Positions 25,899 to 36,000 of a stretch of 64,000 bases of DNA are shown piece by piece. This stretch comes from a virus (Duplodnaviria; Caudoviricetes): IMG/VR virus record IMGVR_UViG_3300044537_000257, positions 1 to 64,000 of that record. One strand, written 5' to 3'. Positions within the stretch are counted from its first letter, which is position 1. The number at the start of each line of letters is the position of its first letter. The notes under the pieces were generated by a model that saw only the letters and a list, made by a program, of their open reading frames with translations, had not been told where the DNA came from and made no database searches. The position numbers and the translations under genes are program-made.

Positions 25899-26459
25899 AT
25901 GGCCAATGAATTTACTGCCGAACAAGGCATGGATAAAGTTATTTTTCTGCGGGAATTAGCTAAAGCTGCAGAACAGTCAGCAATGCGTTTAGCACTGCAA
26001 ACAACACATACGTTAACAATCAGCCGTGGTAGTGACTCAACTGCCACAAAAGACGGGAATGTTGCTACGACATCACCGGCTGAAACCGAATTAGAAGTTG
26101 AAAATATCGCTTCTGACGATGAAATGAATGATCTGTTATGGCGTTCGGTCAAAGACAACTTACCGGTAGAAGCTTGGGAAGTTAATCTGGCTAAAAAGAA
26201 CGCCTCAGGTCAATATTTTGCCCGCTATATGCGTGGCAAGGTTAATGAAATGGAATCCGATAACGATGCAGATGACAACTCAACAGGTGATGCATCATTC
26301 TCGATTGACGGTGTACCTGTTGATGGTTGGGTCACTTTATCACAAGACACGAAAGACGCGTTATCCTATGCGTTCCGTGGCTTAGATGCGGTAACTGAAG
26401 TTGACCCTACAGGCAATGGCGTTGCTGCAGATACCCCAACTCCAGCACCAGCTGGATAA
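25899..26459 (+). CDS. Major tail protein (TP901-1-like)
   Basis: QGMDKVIFLREL...TATKDG. Confidence 0.85.
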   Translation: MANEFTAEQGMDKVIFLRELAKAAEQSAMRLALQTTHTLTISRGSDSTATKDGNVATTSPAETELEVENIASDDEMNDLLWRSVKDNLPVEAWEVNLAKKNASGQYFARYMRGKVNEMESDNDADDNSTGDASFSIDGVPVDGWVTLSQDTKDALSYAFRGLDAVTEVDPTGNGVAADTPTPAPAG

Positions 26460-26526
26460 ATAATATAACTGTCGCCTAAGAAATACACAATACCTAGTGG
26501 GGCGGCTTTTAATGGAGGAAAATATA

Positions 26527-26877
26527 ATGCAATTAAAAATTAATGGTAAAGATGTTGAATTTAAGTTTGGAATTCGCTTTTTGCGTGAGTTAGACAAACA
26601 TTATTACATGGAAAAGAACGATATTAAATTTGGCTTGGGCTTAGATTTATCGTTAACACAAATCTTAGCTGGTTACCCTGAATATTTAGCCACTTATCTT
26701 TATTGCGCTAATAAGGCGATGAAGGTCAAAGTCACGCAAGACGATATTGACGAATACCTTGAAAGTCTAGATGATCTAGAACCAATTTTTGATGAAGTAA
26801 TTAAGGAACTATCTGAGGGGAACGCCACAAAGTCAAAAGTGACAGCCGCACAGGCGGCACTGAAACAAAACGAATAG
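26527..26877 (+). CDS. Tail assembly chaperone G
   Basis: MQLKINGKDVEFKFGIRFLRELD. Confidence 0.8.
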   Translation: MQLKINGKDVEFKFGIRFLRELDKHYYMEKNDIKFGLGLDLSLTQILAGYPEYLATYLYCANKAMKVKVTQDDIDEYLESLDDLEPIFDEVIKELSEGNATKSKVTAAQAALKQNE

Positions 26878-26924
26878 GACGAAAATTAAAGCCTGAAGAT
26901 TACAGTGAAAATGTTTATCACAGT

Positions 26925-27305
26925 ATGATCGTAACTGGCTTACGATTATTTGGATTGACAACTGTCGACGAGATCGGCCAGTTAACACTCGATGAATATG
27001 ATCTTTTGCTGGAAGCTGCTCAGCTACGGAATATTGATCAAGAACGCTTAATCCACATACAAGCGTGGGCTAATCAGATGGTACAAGCAACTGATCGTAG
27101 CGGCAAACGCGCCAAGTTTCGCAAGTTTAAGGAATTTTACGACGACGAAAAGATCATTCGAAAAATCACCTTGCAGCACGCTAATGGCCGCGTAATTGAC
27201 GAAAAGCAACGTCTTAAAGATGAACAACGGCGTAAGGCTGAGATTGTTAATCAGCGATTGAACGAATATTATCACAGGAAGGAGGAAAACAATGGAAAGC
27301 TATAG
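26925..27305 (+). CDS. Tail assembly chaperone T (GT partner)
   Basis: IGQLTLDEYDLL...AWANQMVQA; -1 frame relative to G and open upstream of 26925. Confidence 0.7.
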   Translation: MIVTGLRLFGLTTVDEIGQLTLDEYDLLLEAAQLRNIDQERLIHIQAWANQMVQATDRSGKRAKFRKFKEFYDDEKIIRKITLQHANGRVIDEKQRLKDEQRRKAEIVNQRLNEYYHRKEENNGKL

Positions 27306-30300
27306 TGTAACAGCGGTGCTTAGCGCCGTTGATAGCAGTTTTAGTAGTACCATTCGTAATGCCTCTAATGCTGTGGACGCTTTTCAGTTGGGCACTAGAA
27401 CAAGCTTAGGCAACGTCGGTAAAACGGTGGAAGGAATCGGCTCTAAGTTAACTAAGGGCGTTACATTGCCGTTAGGTTTAATGGCCGTAGCTGCGGCTAA
27501 AACATCAATGGATTTTGGCGCTCAAATGAGCCGAGTACAAGCCATTTCTGGTGCGACCGGCAAGCAGATGGGTGCGCTTAAAAATCAAGCAATTAAGTTA
27601 GGGGCTAAAACGGCCTTTAGTGCAAAGCAAGCAGCTGAGGGCATGGAAAACTTAGCATCGGCCGGCATGAACTCTCAGCAGATTATGAAAGCCATGCCTG
27701 GAGTTCTTAATTTAGCGGCTGTTTCCGGTGGTGACGTTGCAAAAGCGGCTGATAACATGTCAACATCACTAAACGCTTTTGGTTTATCAGCAGGCAAGTC
27801 CAGCCATGTTGCCGATGTATTCGCGGAAGCTGCGGCTAAAACGAATGCAGAAGCGAGTGATATGGGCGATGCCATGAAGTATGTCGCACCACAAGCCCAC
27901 GCTGCTGGTCTTTCACTCGAAGAGACTGCAGCAGCAATCGGTGTGTTATCAGATGCAGGTATTAAAGGCAGCACGGCTGGTACTACTTTAGCCCAAGCAT
28001 TGATGCGTGTTCAGAGTCCGTCAGCTGAGGCTAAAAAAGCAATGCAGCAAATTGGATTTAGCGCTTACGATGCCAACGGCAAAATGAAACCATTAGCTAA
28101 GCAGGTCTCCGAATTAAAAGGCAAGTTAAAAGGGATGACGGATGAGCAGAAGCAGAACACTTTAGCCACGATTTACGGCATGGAAGGCGGTCGGGCGATG
28201 AACGTCTTGCTGCAAGCACAGAGTGGTAAGCTATCGTCACTGACTAAAGCCTTGAAGTACTCTAAAGGTTCTGCGGCGGATATGGCTAAGATCATGCAGG
28301 ATAATGCAAAATCTGCTGTCGAACAGTTAGGTGGCGCCTTTGAATCTGCCGCCATTGCAATTGGCGATAAAATGGCACCAACTATACGGCGCGTTGCTGA
28401 TTTAATCTCAAATTTAATTGGTAAGTTTCTCGATGCTAGTCCGGCTGTACAAAACTTCATTTTAGTTGCTTTGGGTATTGCCGCTGCGGCAGGCCCTATT
28501 TTAGTTGTGATCGGTAAAATGATGCAGTTTACGGCAAGCACAAAAACAGCAATGGCTGCGTTGCGATCGATGAACGGTGAAGCTAAGCTAACTGGTGGCT
28601 TATTAAAGGCACTGCCTTGGCTAGTTGTAGCTGCTGGGATTGCTTTATTAGTGGCTGGCTTTGTTAAACTATATAAATCATCGGCTCAATTTCGTGATTT
28701 TGTTAACGATATTGGATCAGCACTTAGAAGTATTTTTGGCCCAGCTGTTGAGTGGGCTGGGAACTTACTAGGTGGGTTTGCAGACTGGTTTAAAAAAGCA
28801 TCTACATCAATGACTGATAGTCAAAAGGCGATTACTGCAATCGTGTCAGGGTTGTCTGTCCTAGGAGCGACTTTGGCCATAACACATGGTGGATTAGGTA
28901 AGTTAGTTGCCAAGTTATTTAGCTTTGGTGACGCCGCTAAAAAACCGACTGCTCCTATTCAGGGTCTTGGATCATCAATCCTAAAATTAGGCGCTAGTAT
29001 TGGTATTGCTGCAGCTGGCATCGGCACATTTATTTTTGCTGTTGCTGAGTTAGCTAAAACGGGCGACGCTGGTGTTGTAACACTAACCGCCGTAACTATA
29101 AGCATTGCTGCTTTAGCTGCTACGTTTGCATTATTAGGGCCAAGACTGACGGCTGGTGCCGCTGGTATGGTTGCGTTTGGTGTGACGGTAGCGGCTGTTG
29201 GCGTTGGCATTGGTGCGGCTGCGTTGGGTATTGCGGCTTTGATTGTCGCCTTTACCGGTTTAACAACTCACGTGAATGCCATTGTGCCAACATTTGCTGC
29301 TGTCGGTACTGGATTTATAGCTATGATGACAATTATGCTAAATGGTGTGATTTCTAACGCACCACTGATTGCACAAGCATTTATTGCACTAGGTACTGCT
29401 ATTTTAACTGCGATTAATACTTTAGCACCACAGATCAGCCAGACGTTTTTGCTTTTACTAACGACCTTAGTCAATACAGTTGTAGCAGCAACGCCGTTAA
29501 TCGCTAATGGATTTATGCAGATGCTAATGACGATTCTTAATACAATTTTGACTTACACACCGCAAATCGCAAGTAGTTTCATGCAGATTTTATCTGCACT
29601 ACTTAATGCGATAGCAACTTACATGCCACAAATTGTAGCTGGCTTTGCGAACATCTTAATTAATTTTCTTAATACTCTAACCAGTTATGTACCTCAGATT
29701 GCTGCTGCCGCAACGAATCTATTAATCGCAATCATGGATGCTATTGGTAATAATGCACCAGCAATTATTGCTGCATTTTTCGCAATGGTCGGTCAATTTG
29801 GCGAAGCGATTGTGCAACAACTGCCGATTGTGATTCAGTTGATGACCGCGTTACTTACAGCATTAGTTGCGACTGTGGTCAGTTACTCAAGCTCGTTCTT
29901 AAAGATCGGGGGTTTACTGATTCAATCACTCGGCGCTGGTTTGATGGGTAAAAAAGTCGATGTGGTCGGTAAAGCGACCGACATTATGAATGAAGCTGGT
30001 AGCAATGCGACTAAGACTGGGATGTCAGCCTTTGATTCTGCTGGTGGTAACAGTGCCATCAAGGCTTTGCAGGCAATTGCTAACAAGAATGGTAATGCTA
30101 GAACAACTGGTGGCGCTTTAGCTAGCTCTGCGGCTGGTGGTATTACTGATAAAAACGGTACTTTAAAAAATGCCGGTACAACAAATGGTACTAATGCAGT
30201 TAGCGGATTAAAGTCAAAATTAGGTCAAATGAAATCAACCGGTTCTTCGTTAGGCAGCAATGCGGCTAGCGGAATTTCATCTAAATCGGGTAGTGCAAGA

Positions 30301-30852
30301 AGTGCTGGCTCTAAACTGGGTAGTTCTGGATCTAGCGGTGCAAGAGGGCAACACGGCTCATTTAGTAGTGCCGGATCATATTTAGGCCAAGGTTTAGTCA
30401 ATGGTATTTCCAGCATGGCCGGTAGTGTTATGAGTACGGCGGCTTCTTTAGCAAGCCGTGCTGCGGCTGCTATTAGAAGCGCATTAAAGATTCATTCTCC
30501 GTCACGTGTGACACGAGAAATCGGTTATTATGTTGCCGCCGGGATGCAGGTTGGGATGATTAAAAATGCTGGCATGGTGGCAGATGCTGCTACTGATTTA
30601 GCGATGGCTGCAGTGCCCGAAGTAAGCGACTTTAATTTACGGGACGTTTACAGCAACATGGACAGCAACTTTAAAGGTAATACCTTTAGTGGAGCAATGC
30701 AGCACGAACTAAATTTGACCAACAAGACTGTTGTTGAAGTTCCCGTCAATCTGGATGGCCAGGAAGTGGCACGGATTACCGCAGAACCAATGGAAAGTGA
30801 ACTAGCTAAACGGTCACAACGAACAAACCGGATTTATGGCAGAAGAAGTTAA
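27292..30852 (+). CDS. Tape measure protein (TP901 family)
   Basis: MSRVQAISGATG, AGIKGSTAGTTL, long Ala/Gly hydrophobic tract, IHSPSRV. Confidence 0.95.
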   Translation: MESYSVTAVLSAVDSSFSSTIRNASNAVDAFQLGTRTSLGNVGKTVEGIGSKLTKGVTLPLGLMAVAAAKTSMDFGAQMSRVQAISGATGKQMGALKNQAIKLGAKTAFSAKQAAEGMENLASAGMNSQQIMKAMPGVLNLAAVSGGDVAKAADNMSTSLNAFGLSAGKSSHVADVFAEAAAKTNAEASDMGDAMKYVAPQAHAAGLSLEETAAAIGVLSDAGIKGSTAGTTLAQALMRVQSPSAEAKKAMQQIGFSAYDANGKMKPLAKQVSELKGKLKGMTDEQKQNTLATIYGMEGGRAMNVLLQAQSGKLSSLTKALKYSKGSAADMAKIMQDNAKSAVEQLGGAFESAAIAIGDKMAPTIRRVADLISNLIGKFLDASPAVQNFILVALGIAAAAGPILVVIGKMMQFTASTKTAMAALRSMNGEAKLTGGLLKALPWLVVAAGIALLVAGFVKLYKSSAQFRDFVNDIGSALRSIFGPAVEWAGNLLGGFADWFKKASTSMTDSQKAITAIVSGLSVLGATLAITHGGLGKLVAKLFSFGDAAKKPTAPIQGLGSSILKLGASIGIAAAGIGTFIFAVAELAKTGDAGVVTLTAVTISIAALAATFALLGPRLTAGAAGMVAFGVTVAAVGVGIGAAALGIAALIVAFTGLTTHVNAIVPTFAAVGTGFIAMMTIMLNGVISNAPLIAQAFIALGTAILTAINTLAPQISQTFLLLLTTLVNTVVAATPLIANGFMQMLMTILNTILTYTPQIASSFMQILSALLNAIATYMPQIVAGFANILINFLNTLTSYVPQIAAAATNLLIAIMDAIGNNAPAIIAAFFAMVGQFGEAIVQQLPIVIQLMTALLTALVATVVSYSSSFLKIGGLLIQSLGAGLMGKKVDVVGKATDIMNEAGSNATKTGMSAFDSAGGNSAIKALQAIANKNGNARTTGGALASSAAGGITDKNGTLKNAGTTNGTNAVSGLKSKLGQMKSTGSSLGSNAASGISSKSGSARSAGSKLGSSGSSGARGQHGSFSSAGSYLGQGLVNGISSMAGSVMSTAASLASRAAAAIRSALKIHSPSRVTREIGYYVAAGMQVGMIKNAGMVADAATDLAMAAVPEVSDFNLRDVYSNMDSNFKGNTFSGAMQHELNLTNKTVVEVPVNLDGQEVARITAEPMESELAKRSQRTNRIYGRRS

Positions 30853-30876
30853 AATTAAAATTTGAGGTGAAGTAAT

Positions 30877-33066
30877 GTGTACAATTTTCGTGATCTATCC
30901 CCGTATACGGGCACCGATGTGGCCGCTTGGCCGGCTGAGTCAATGGTCTTTAATGGGAAGTTGTTTGAACGCGAGATCCCAGAATATCGTACCTTACAAG
31001 TACAAGGGCGCGAGCTATTAGGCCAGTCACTAGACACACTGACCGTTGGTAATCAGAATGGTGAACGACTACGCTCACGGCGTTATCCAGCCCGTGAAAT
31101 CACCGTTAAATACCAAGTAGATGCGGCAACAACCGAACGGTTCCGCGAGATATTTTATCAGTTGAATGCTCTGCTGCAAGGTCAAGACAATAAATTTTAC
31201 TTTTTAGACGACACGACGAAATATTTTATCGGTACGTTATCGGAAATCGAAGCGGTACCTGGTGGGAGTAATTCGGTGGTATCGTCTTTTACTATCCTGT
31301 GCAATGACCCGTTTGCTTATGCCATGCGGGAGGATAGCTTTGCAGTCGCTAGTGCTGGGACTTATGATTTTAAGTTAGATTTTGCTAACAAGATCTTTGG
31401 TGATTTTAATAGTAATCCCAATATGATCTATGGTGCCGAATGGCACGAGATCGCAAGCCGCAAGCCCGACTCACTTTGGTGGGAATGGGAGCAAGAGAAT
31501 TACAATAAACTAGCTAAGCAGGATGGTGTATGCGGATCATATACGCGGACCGATGTTGGTAACTCGACGCGACTAGTGATGCGCTTTGATGTGATCAAAG
31601 CGATTGAGCAACAGATGCCAGGTTTTTGGCAGCGGCTAGGGCTGATCGAATTATCTGAGCGGCTAGCGTGGCTGAGTGATCATATCAAGAAGTTTTACAT
31701 CGAGGTGTGGAGCTACGGTCACGGTGCTAGTGGGTATGGCACGAAAGTGCAGACCTGGTCTGGTACCGAGTGGATCGGATCACAGGCTAATACCGCAAGC
31801 AAGCCGGACAAAAATACCTATAGTTTCGCCGGACAAGAAGCCGCTGCCGCCATGACAGACGGCTATTTTTATGCACTGACTGGTACCAATGATGCCGATG
31901 CTACAACACCGACTGTTAGTTATTTAGACTATGCCGCATTAAGTGTCAGTGTTGATGTGCCGGCAACTAAAAACGCAGTGACCATCACTAACGATGGTCC
32001 ATTACCGGTACCAGTCCGATTTGAGCTGACCAATCATGACGATAACGGCTTTTTTGGACTGACTAGTAGCCGCGAGAATATCCTGATTGGGAAACCTAAC
32101 GATATCGACGGCGGTGTGGTGGCTAAATCGGAACGGCTATTTACGACAAACCAAAACAACGCCAACGGCCTAAAGCAGTGGGTGCTCAATAAGGGCGTAA
32201 TCAATGAGTGGAACGAAAATCCGGTACAAAGCGGTAACTTTGAAGACCCAGCAGTGATCAAGGAAAGTCGCTGGCGTTTGCGAAATGCTCAACCAGATGA
32301 AACGACGGCTTGGGGACCACACGCGGCTAATGGTCGTGGCTGGCATGGGCCAAGTGCGACAGCAATTTTTAACCCAGATTCAAACGGAGCCGTTGGTGCA
32401 AAGAATTTTAAAGCGCGTTTTTATCTGCAATTTTTGTTCGGCAATATGTATGCCGGTGGGTTACAGCAGGTCAATCTAGGTGGCCCAGATGGTGAGCTTT
32501 TAGTATCCGTCCAATTTTGGAAAGGCAGGGGCACGCACGGATCGGTCAAAATCCGTGTAGGCAATAACTGGGCCTACATCGATGAAAATAACGCCCGCTG
32601 GGATAACTTTTTTGGCGCTGTAGTGATTATTCGTAGCGGCAACACCTACAGTATCCAGCTACAGTCGTCCGAGGGCTCAAATCGTGTCAACCAAACGATC
32701 AGTTACACCGATCCAGACAGCGCCAAGATTTTATGCCAGCAAGCGACTTACTGGAAAGCCATTTTCGGTGCCTATTCCGCTGCCGGCACTATGAATAATG
32801 ACCTCTACGATTTTTGGATCGAAAAGAACAACGTGGAAGACTATGTGGATATTCCAAACGTTTTTAGCGACGGCGATCAAGTTGTGATCGATGGTCAAGA
32901 CGGCAAAGTAACCACGAAGGTCAACGGCACGCTGAGTATTGCATTACAGGATGTCGGCAGCCAGCCAATCTTGGCTTATCCTGGCAAAAATGTGATCAAT
33001 GTGCTGTATTCTGACTTTGCCAGTGCACCAGATGTGACGGCTTATATCCGTAAAAAATATTTATAG
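30877..33066 (+). CDS. Distal tail protein (evolved Dit with inserted domains)
   Basis: Dit N-terminus (YRTLQVQGRELL), FTILCNDPFAY; 729 aa with large inserts. Confidence 0.85.
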   Translation: MYNFRDLSPYTGTDVAAWPAESMVFNGKLFEREIPEYRTLQVQGRELLGQSLDTLTVGNQNGERLRSRRYPAREITVKYQVDAATTERFREIFYQLNALLQGQDNKFYFLDDTTKYFIGTLSEIEAVPGGSNSVVSSFTILCNDPFAYAMREDSFAVASAGTYDFKLDFANKIFGDFNSNPNMIYGAEWHEIASRKPDSLWWEWEQENYNKLAKQDGVCGSYTRTDVGNSTRLVMRFDVIKAIEQQMPGFWQRLGLIELSERLAWLSDHIKKFYIEVWSYGHGASGYGTKVQTWSGTEWIGSQANTASKPDKNTYSFAGQEAAAAMTDGYFYALTGTNDADATTPTVSYLDYAALSVSVDVPATKNAVTITNDGPLPVPVRFELTNHDDNGFFGLTSSRENILIGKPNDIDGGVVAKSERLFTTNQNNANGLKQWVLNKGVINEWNENPVQSGNFEDPAVIKESRWRLRNAQPDETTAWGPHAANGRGWHGPSATAIFNPDSNGAVGAKNFKARFYLQFLFGNMYAGGLQQVNLGGPDGELLVSVQFWKGRGTHGSVKIRVGNNWAYIDENNARWDNFFGAVVIIRSGNTYSIQLQSSEGSNRVNQTISYTDPDSAKILCQQATYWKAIFGAYSAAGTMNNDLYDFWIEKNNVEDYVDIPNVFSDGDQVVIDGQDGKVTTKVNGTLSIALQDVGSQPILAYPGKNVINVLYSDFASAPDVTAYIRKKYL

Positions 33067-33081
33067 GAAGGGGGATAAACT

Positions 33082-36000
33082 ATGCAATTATATGTACTCG
33101 ACCGCGCCAAGAACACTTTGGCCACGACCTCAAGTTTTTATAGCGACAAGCACCATAAAGAGTTGACCGCCGGTGCATCGATCTTTGAGTTTACGATTGA
33201 TAAATCTGACTCAGCCGCCCAGTATATGACGACCGGGAATTACCTAGTGTTCCAGGATGACCGTGGGCGGGCGTGGTCGTTTACGATTTTGAGCTACGAC
33301 GAAACGCAGACGACTAAGACTGTTGCCGCCGAAGATGTCAGTATCGAATTGCTTAATAAAGCCATGGACGTCTGGAATACTGATCAAGCTTATCCGTTTA
33401 GCTATTATTTTGACTTAGTGACAAAAGGCACACCGTGGACACTTGGTGTTAACCAGCTGACCGATTTATCACGTAAACTAGTTTACACAGGCCGAGACAC
33501 TGGCTTAGGCCGATTGCTGTCCGTTTTAAAGGGCTTTGATAATGCGGAGTGTCAGTTTAATATCAAAGTAAAACAAAACAGTCCTATCGAGTTTACCGTC
33601 GACGTTTATAAATCAATCGGCACCGTGCAGGATAATATCCAAATTGTCTATAACAATGAGTTAAATGACATTAAAAAGACAGAGAGCCGCGCCCAATTTG
33701 TTACTGCATTAGCCGGTGTGGGTGGCTTGGTCGAAAATCAAGCAACAACTGATCCTGGGCTGGAGAAACATATTGATTTTACTGATATTGACTATAAAGA
33801 CGATAACTTTGTGTCGCCAAAGGGCGATAAATTTTTACGAGCGGTTACGGCTAACCGAACATTTAATCCAGGGACAACCACTTATATTGAGGACTTTTAC
33901 GACTACGATACACAGAGTAGCCAGGAGCTGCTTAACCGTACGCTGACACAACTTAAGGAGCGCTCAGAACCACAGTACACCTACAATGCTGACGTTAAAG
34001 TGATTGACCCCACACTGGATATTGGCGATACGGTGACCATTATCGATCACGATTATAACCCAGCACTCTATTTGCAAGCACGGGTGGCCACGTTGGATAA
34101 GTCATACACGGATCCCACGCAAGGCGCGATCACGTTTTGTAATTACCGGGTGCTTAACAGCAACCTATCCGATCAGCTACGAGCAATGCAAAATATCATT
34201 GATCAGCTGCCAACCAGCGCATCAATCAAGGTAATTAACAATAATATTGTGCAGATGATTACTCAAAATGAGGAGCTTAAAAAGCAAGTCGCCCTATCGT
34301 TTGAGTCAGCCAACGGTAAGAGCCGGGTATGGTTTAGCCGATCATCAACCGCGCAAAACGGCGATGTTGCTTTTATCAAAAACGCTGACGGCGCCACTGA
34401 GATTTGGAAGTTTGTTGAGGGCGCCTGGAAACTGGACACCGGTTTAGCCACATTTGATGACGTTAAAAAAGCCGCGAGTGCGGCGGCAGATGCTGGCAGT
34501 CAGGCAGTTACTGCTGGCCAACAGGCGAGCGCCGCTGGTAGTCAAGCCGCTGTTGTAGGATTGCAGGCAAGTACAGCCGGAAGCCAAGCAATTTCTGCCG
34601 GCAATCAAGCCAGTTTAGCTGACAGTCAAGCTGCTATAGCTGGCAGTCAGGCAGTTACTGCTGGTAGTCAAGCCAGTTCTGCTGGTAGTCAGGCAGTTGT
34701 TGCAGGATTGCAGGCCAGTGCCGCAGGTAGCCAAGCGATTTCTGCTGGTAGTCAGGCCAGTTGGGCCGGTAGTCAAGCCGCTGTAGCTGGTAAGCAAGCA
34801 AGCGCCGCTGGTAGTCAAGCAGTTATTGCTGGTCAACAAGCTAGTACAGCCGGAAGCCAAGCGATTTCTGCTGGTAGTCAGGCCAGTTGGGCCGGTAGCC
34901 AAGCTGCTGTAGCTGGTAAGCAAGCGAGCACTGCTGGCAGTCAGGCAGTTACTGCTGGCCAACAAGCCAGTGCTGCAGGTGCCGATGCTAAATCAGCTGG
35001 AGACTTTGCGGCTAGTGCCGCTAGTCAATCTACAATCGAGACGTCAGCAGCACGATCGACAGCTAATAGTGCGGTGGATCAAGCTAATTTAGCTGTCTCA
35101 CAAGCAGGCTTTGCCAATAATGCTGCAGATCAGGCTAAGTCAGCTGCGGCTAGTGCGCAGAGTGATGCTGCCGGTGCTTTAGGAAAAGCTAGTACAGCAA
35201 TCACTAATGCTAGTACCGCCATAAACGCGGCCACTGATGCGCAGACTAAGACCAACTCACTGGTCACCAAGGTTGACGATATTGCTGGGACAATTAAGAC
35301 CCTAGCAACTACTGAGACCGTTGACCAGTTGGCAGGTACCGTCGCGACCACTCAAAGCTTAGCGCAGTTTGCGGCTGACGGTCTCAAGCTCAAGGCAGAT
35401 ACGACCACAGTCGATAAGATCAATGGCACAGTCAACGATCTTAAGGGTGAGCTTGATGTGCAGGCGGATAAGATTGCCGCCACGGTTACCGCTAGTGATG
35501 TGACTGGAATGCTTGGTAATTACGCTACTCAGTCATGGTCTCAGGGGCAGATATCTGCTGCTAAAAATGAGATTTCCGCGTCGGTTGAGACGGTGCAAAC
35601 TCAGGTTAAAAACAGTGCGGTTGGCACTAATTTATTAACAGGAACGAGTTCGTCAGAACAGTCATACATGAATGACTTTTCAACCGTTCCCGGTTGGATT
35701 TATAGTAACTTTCTACAAGGGTCACAACCTGCTGTTAATGTCGGAAGCACCTATACCTACTCGATATATTTAACGAAATTAACGGGGTCTTTTGCTTTGG
35801 GGTATTGGGGATATGACAGCAATAAAAAATATGCTAGATGGTTCCCTAGTCCTATTTATTCTTCATTGGGTAAAGTTTCATGGACGTTCACGATTCCTAG
35901 TGGAATATCTTATATAGTTCCACATGTTGTGCACGCTTCTGATGATTTTACTTGTACAGCAAAAGAAGAAAAACTTGAAAAAGGGTCCGTAGCTACTGAT

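Noticed and set aside
26430-26470. Frameshift extension of the major tail protein
   Set aside because: No slippery heptamer before the stop, and stop codons follow immediately (TAATAA)
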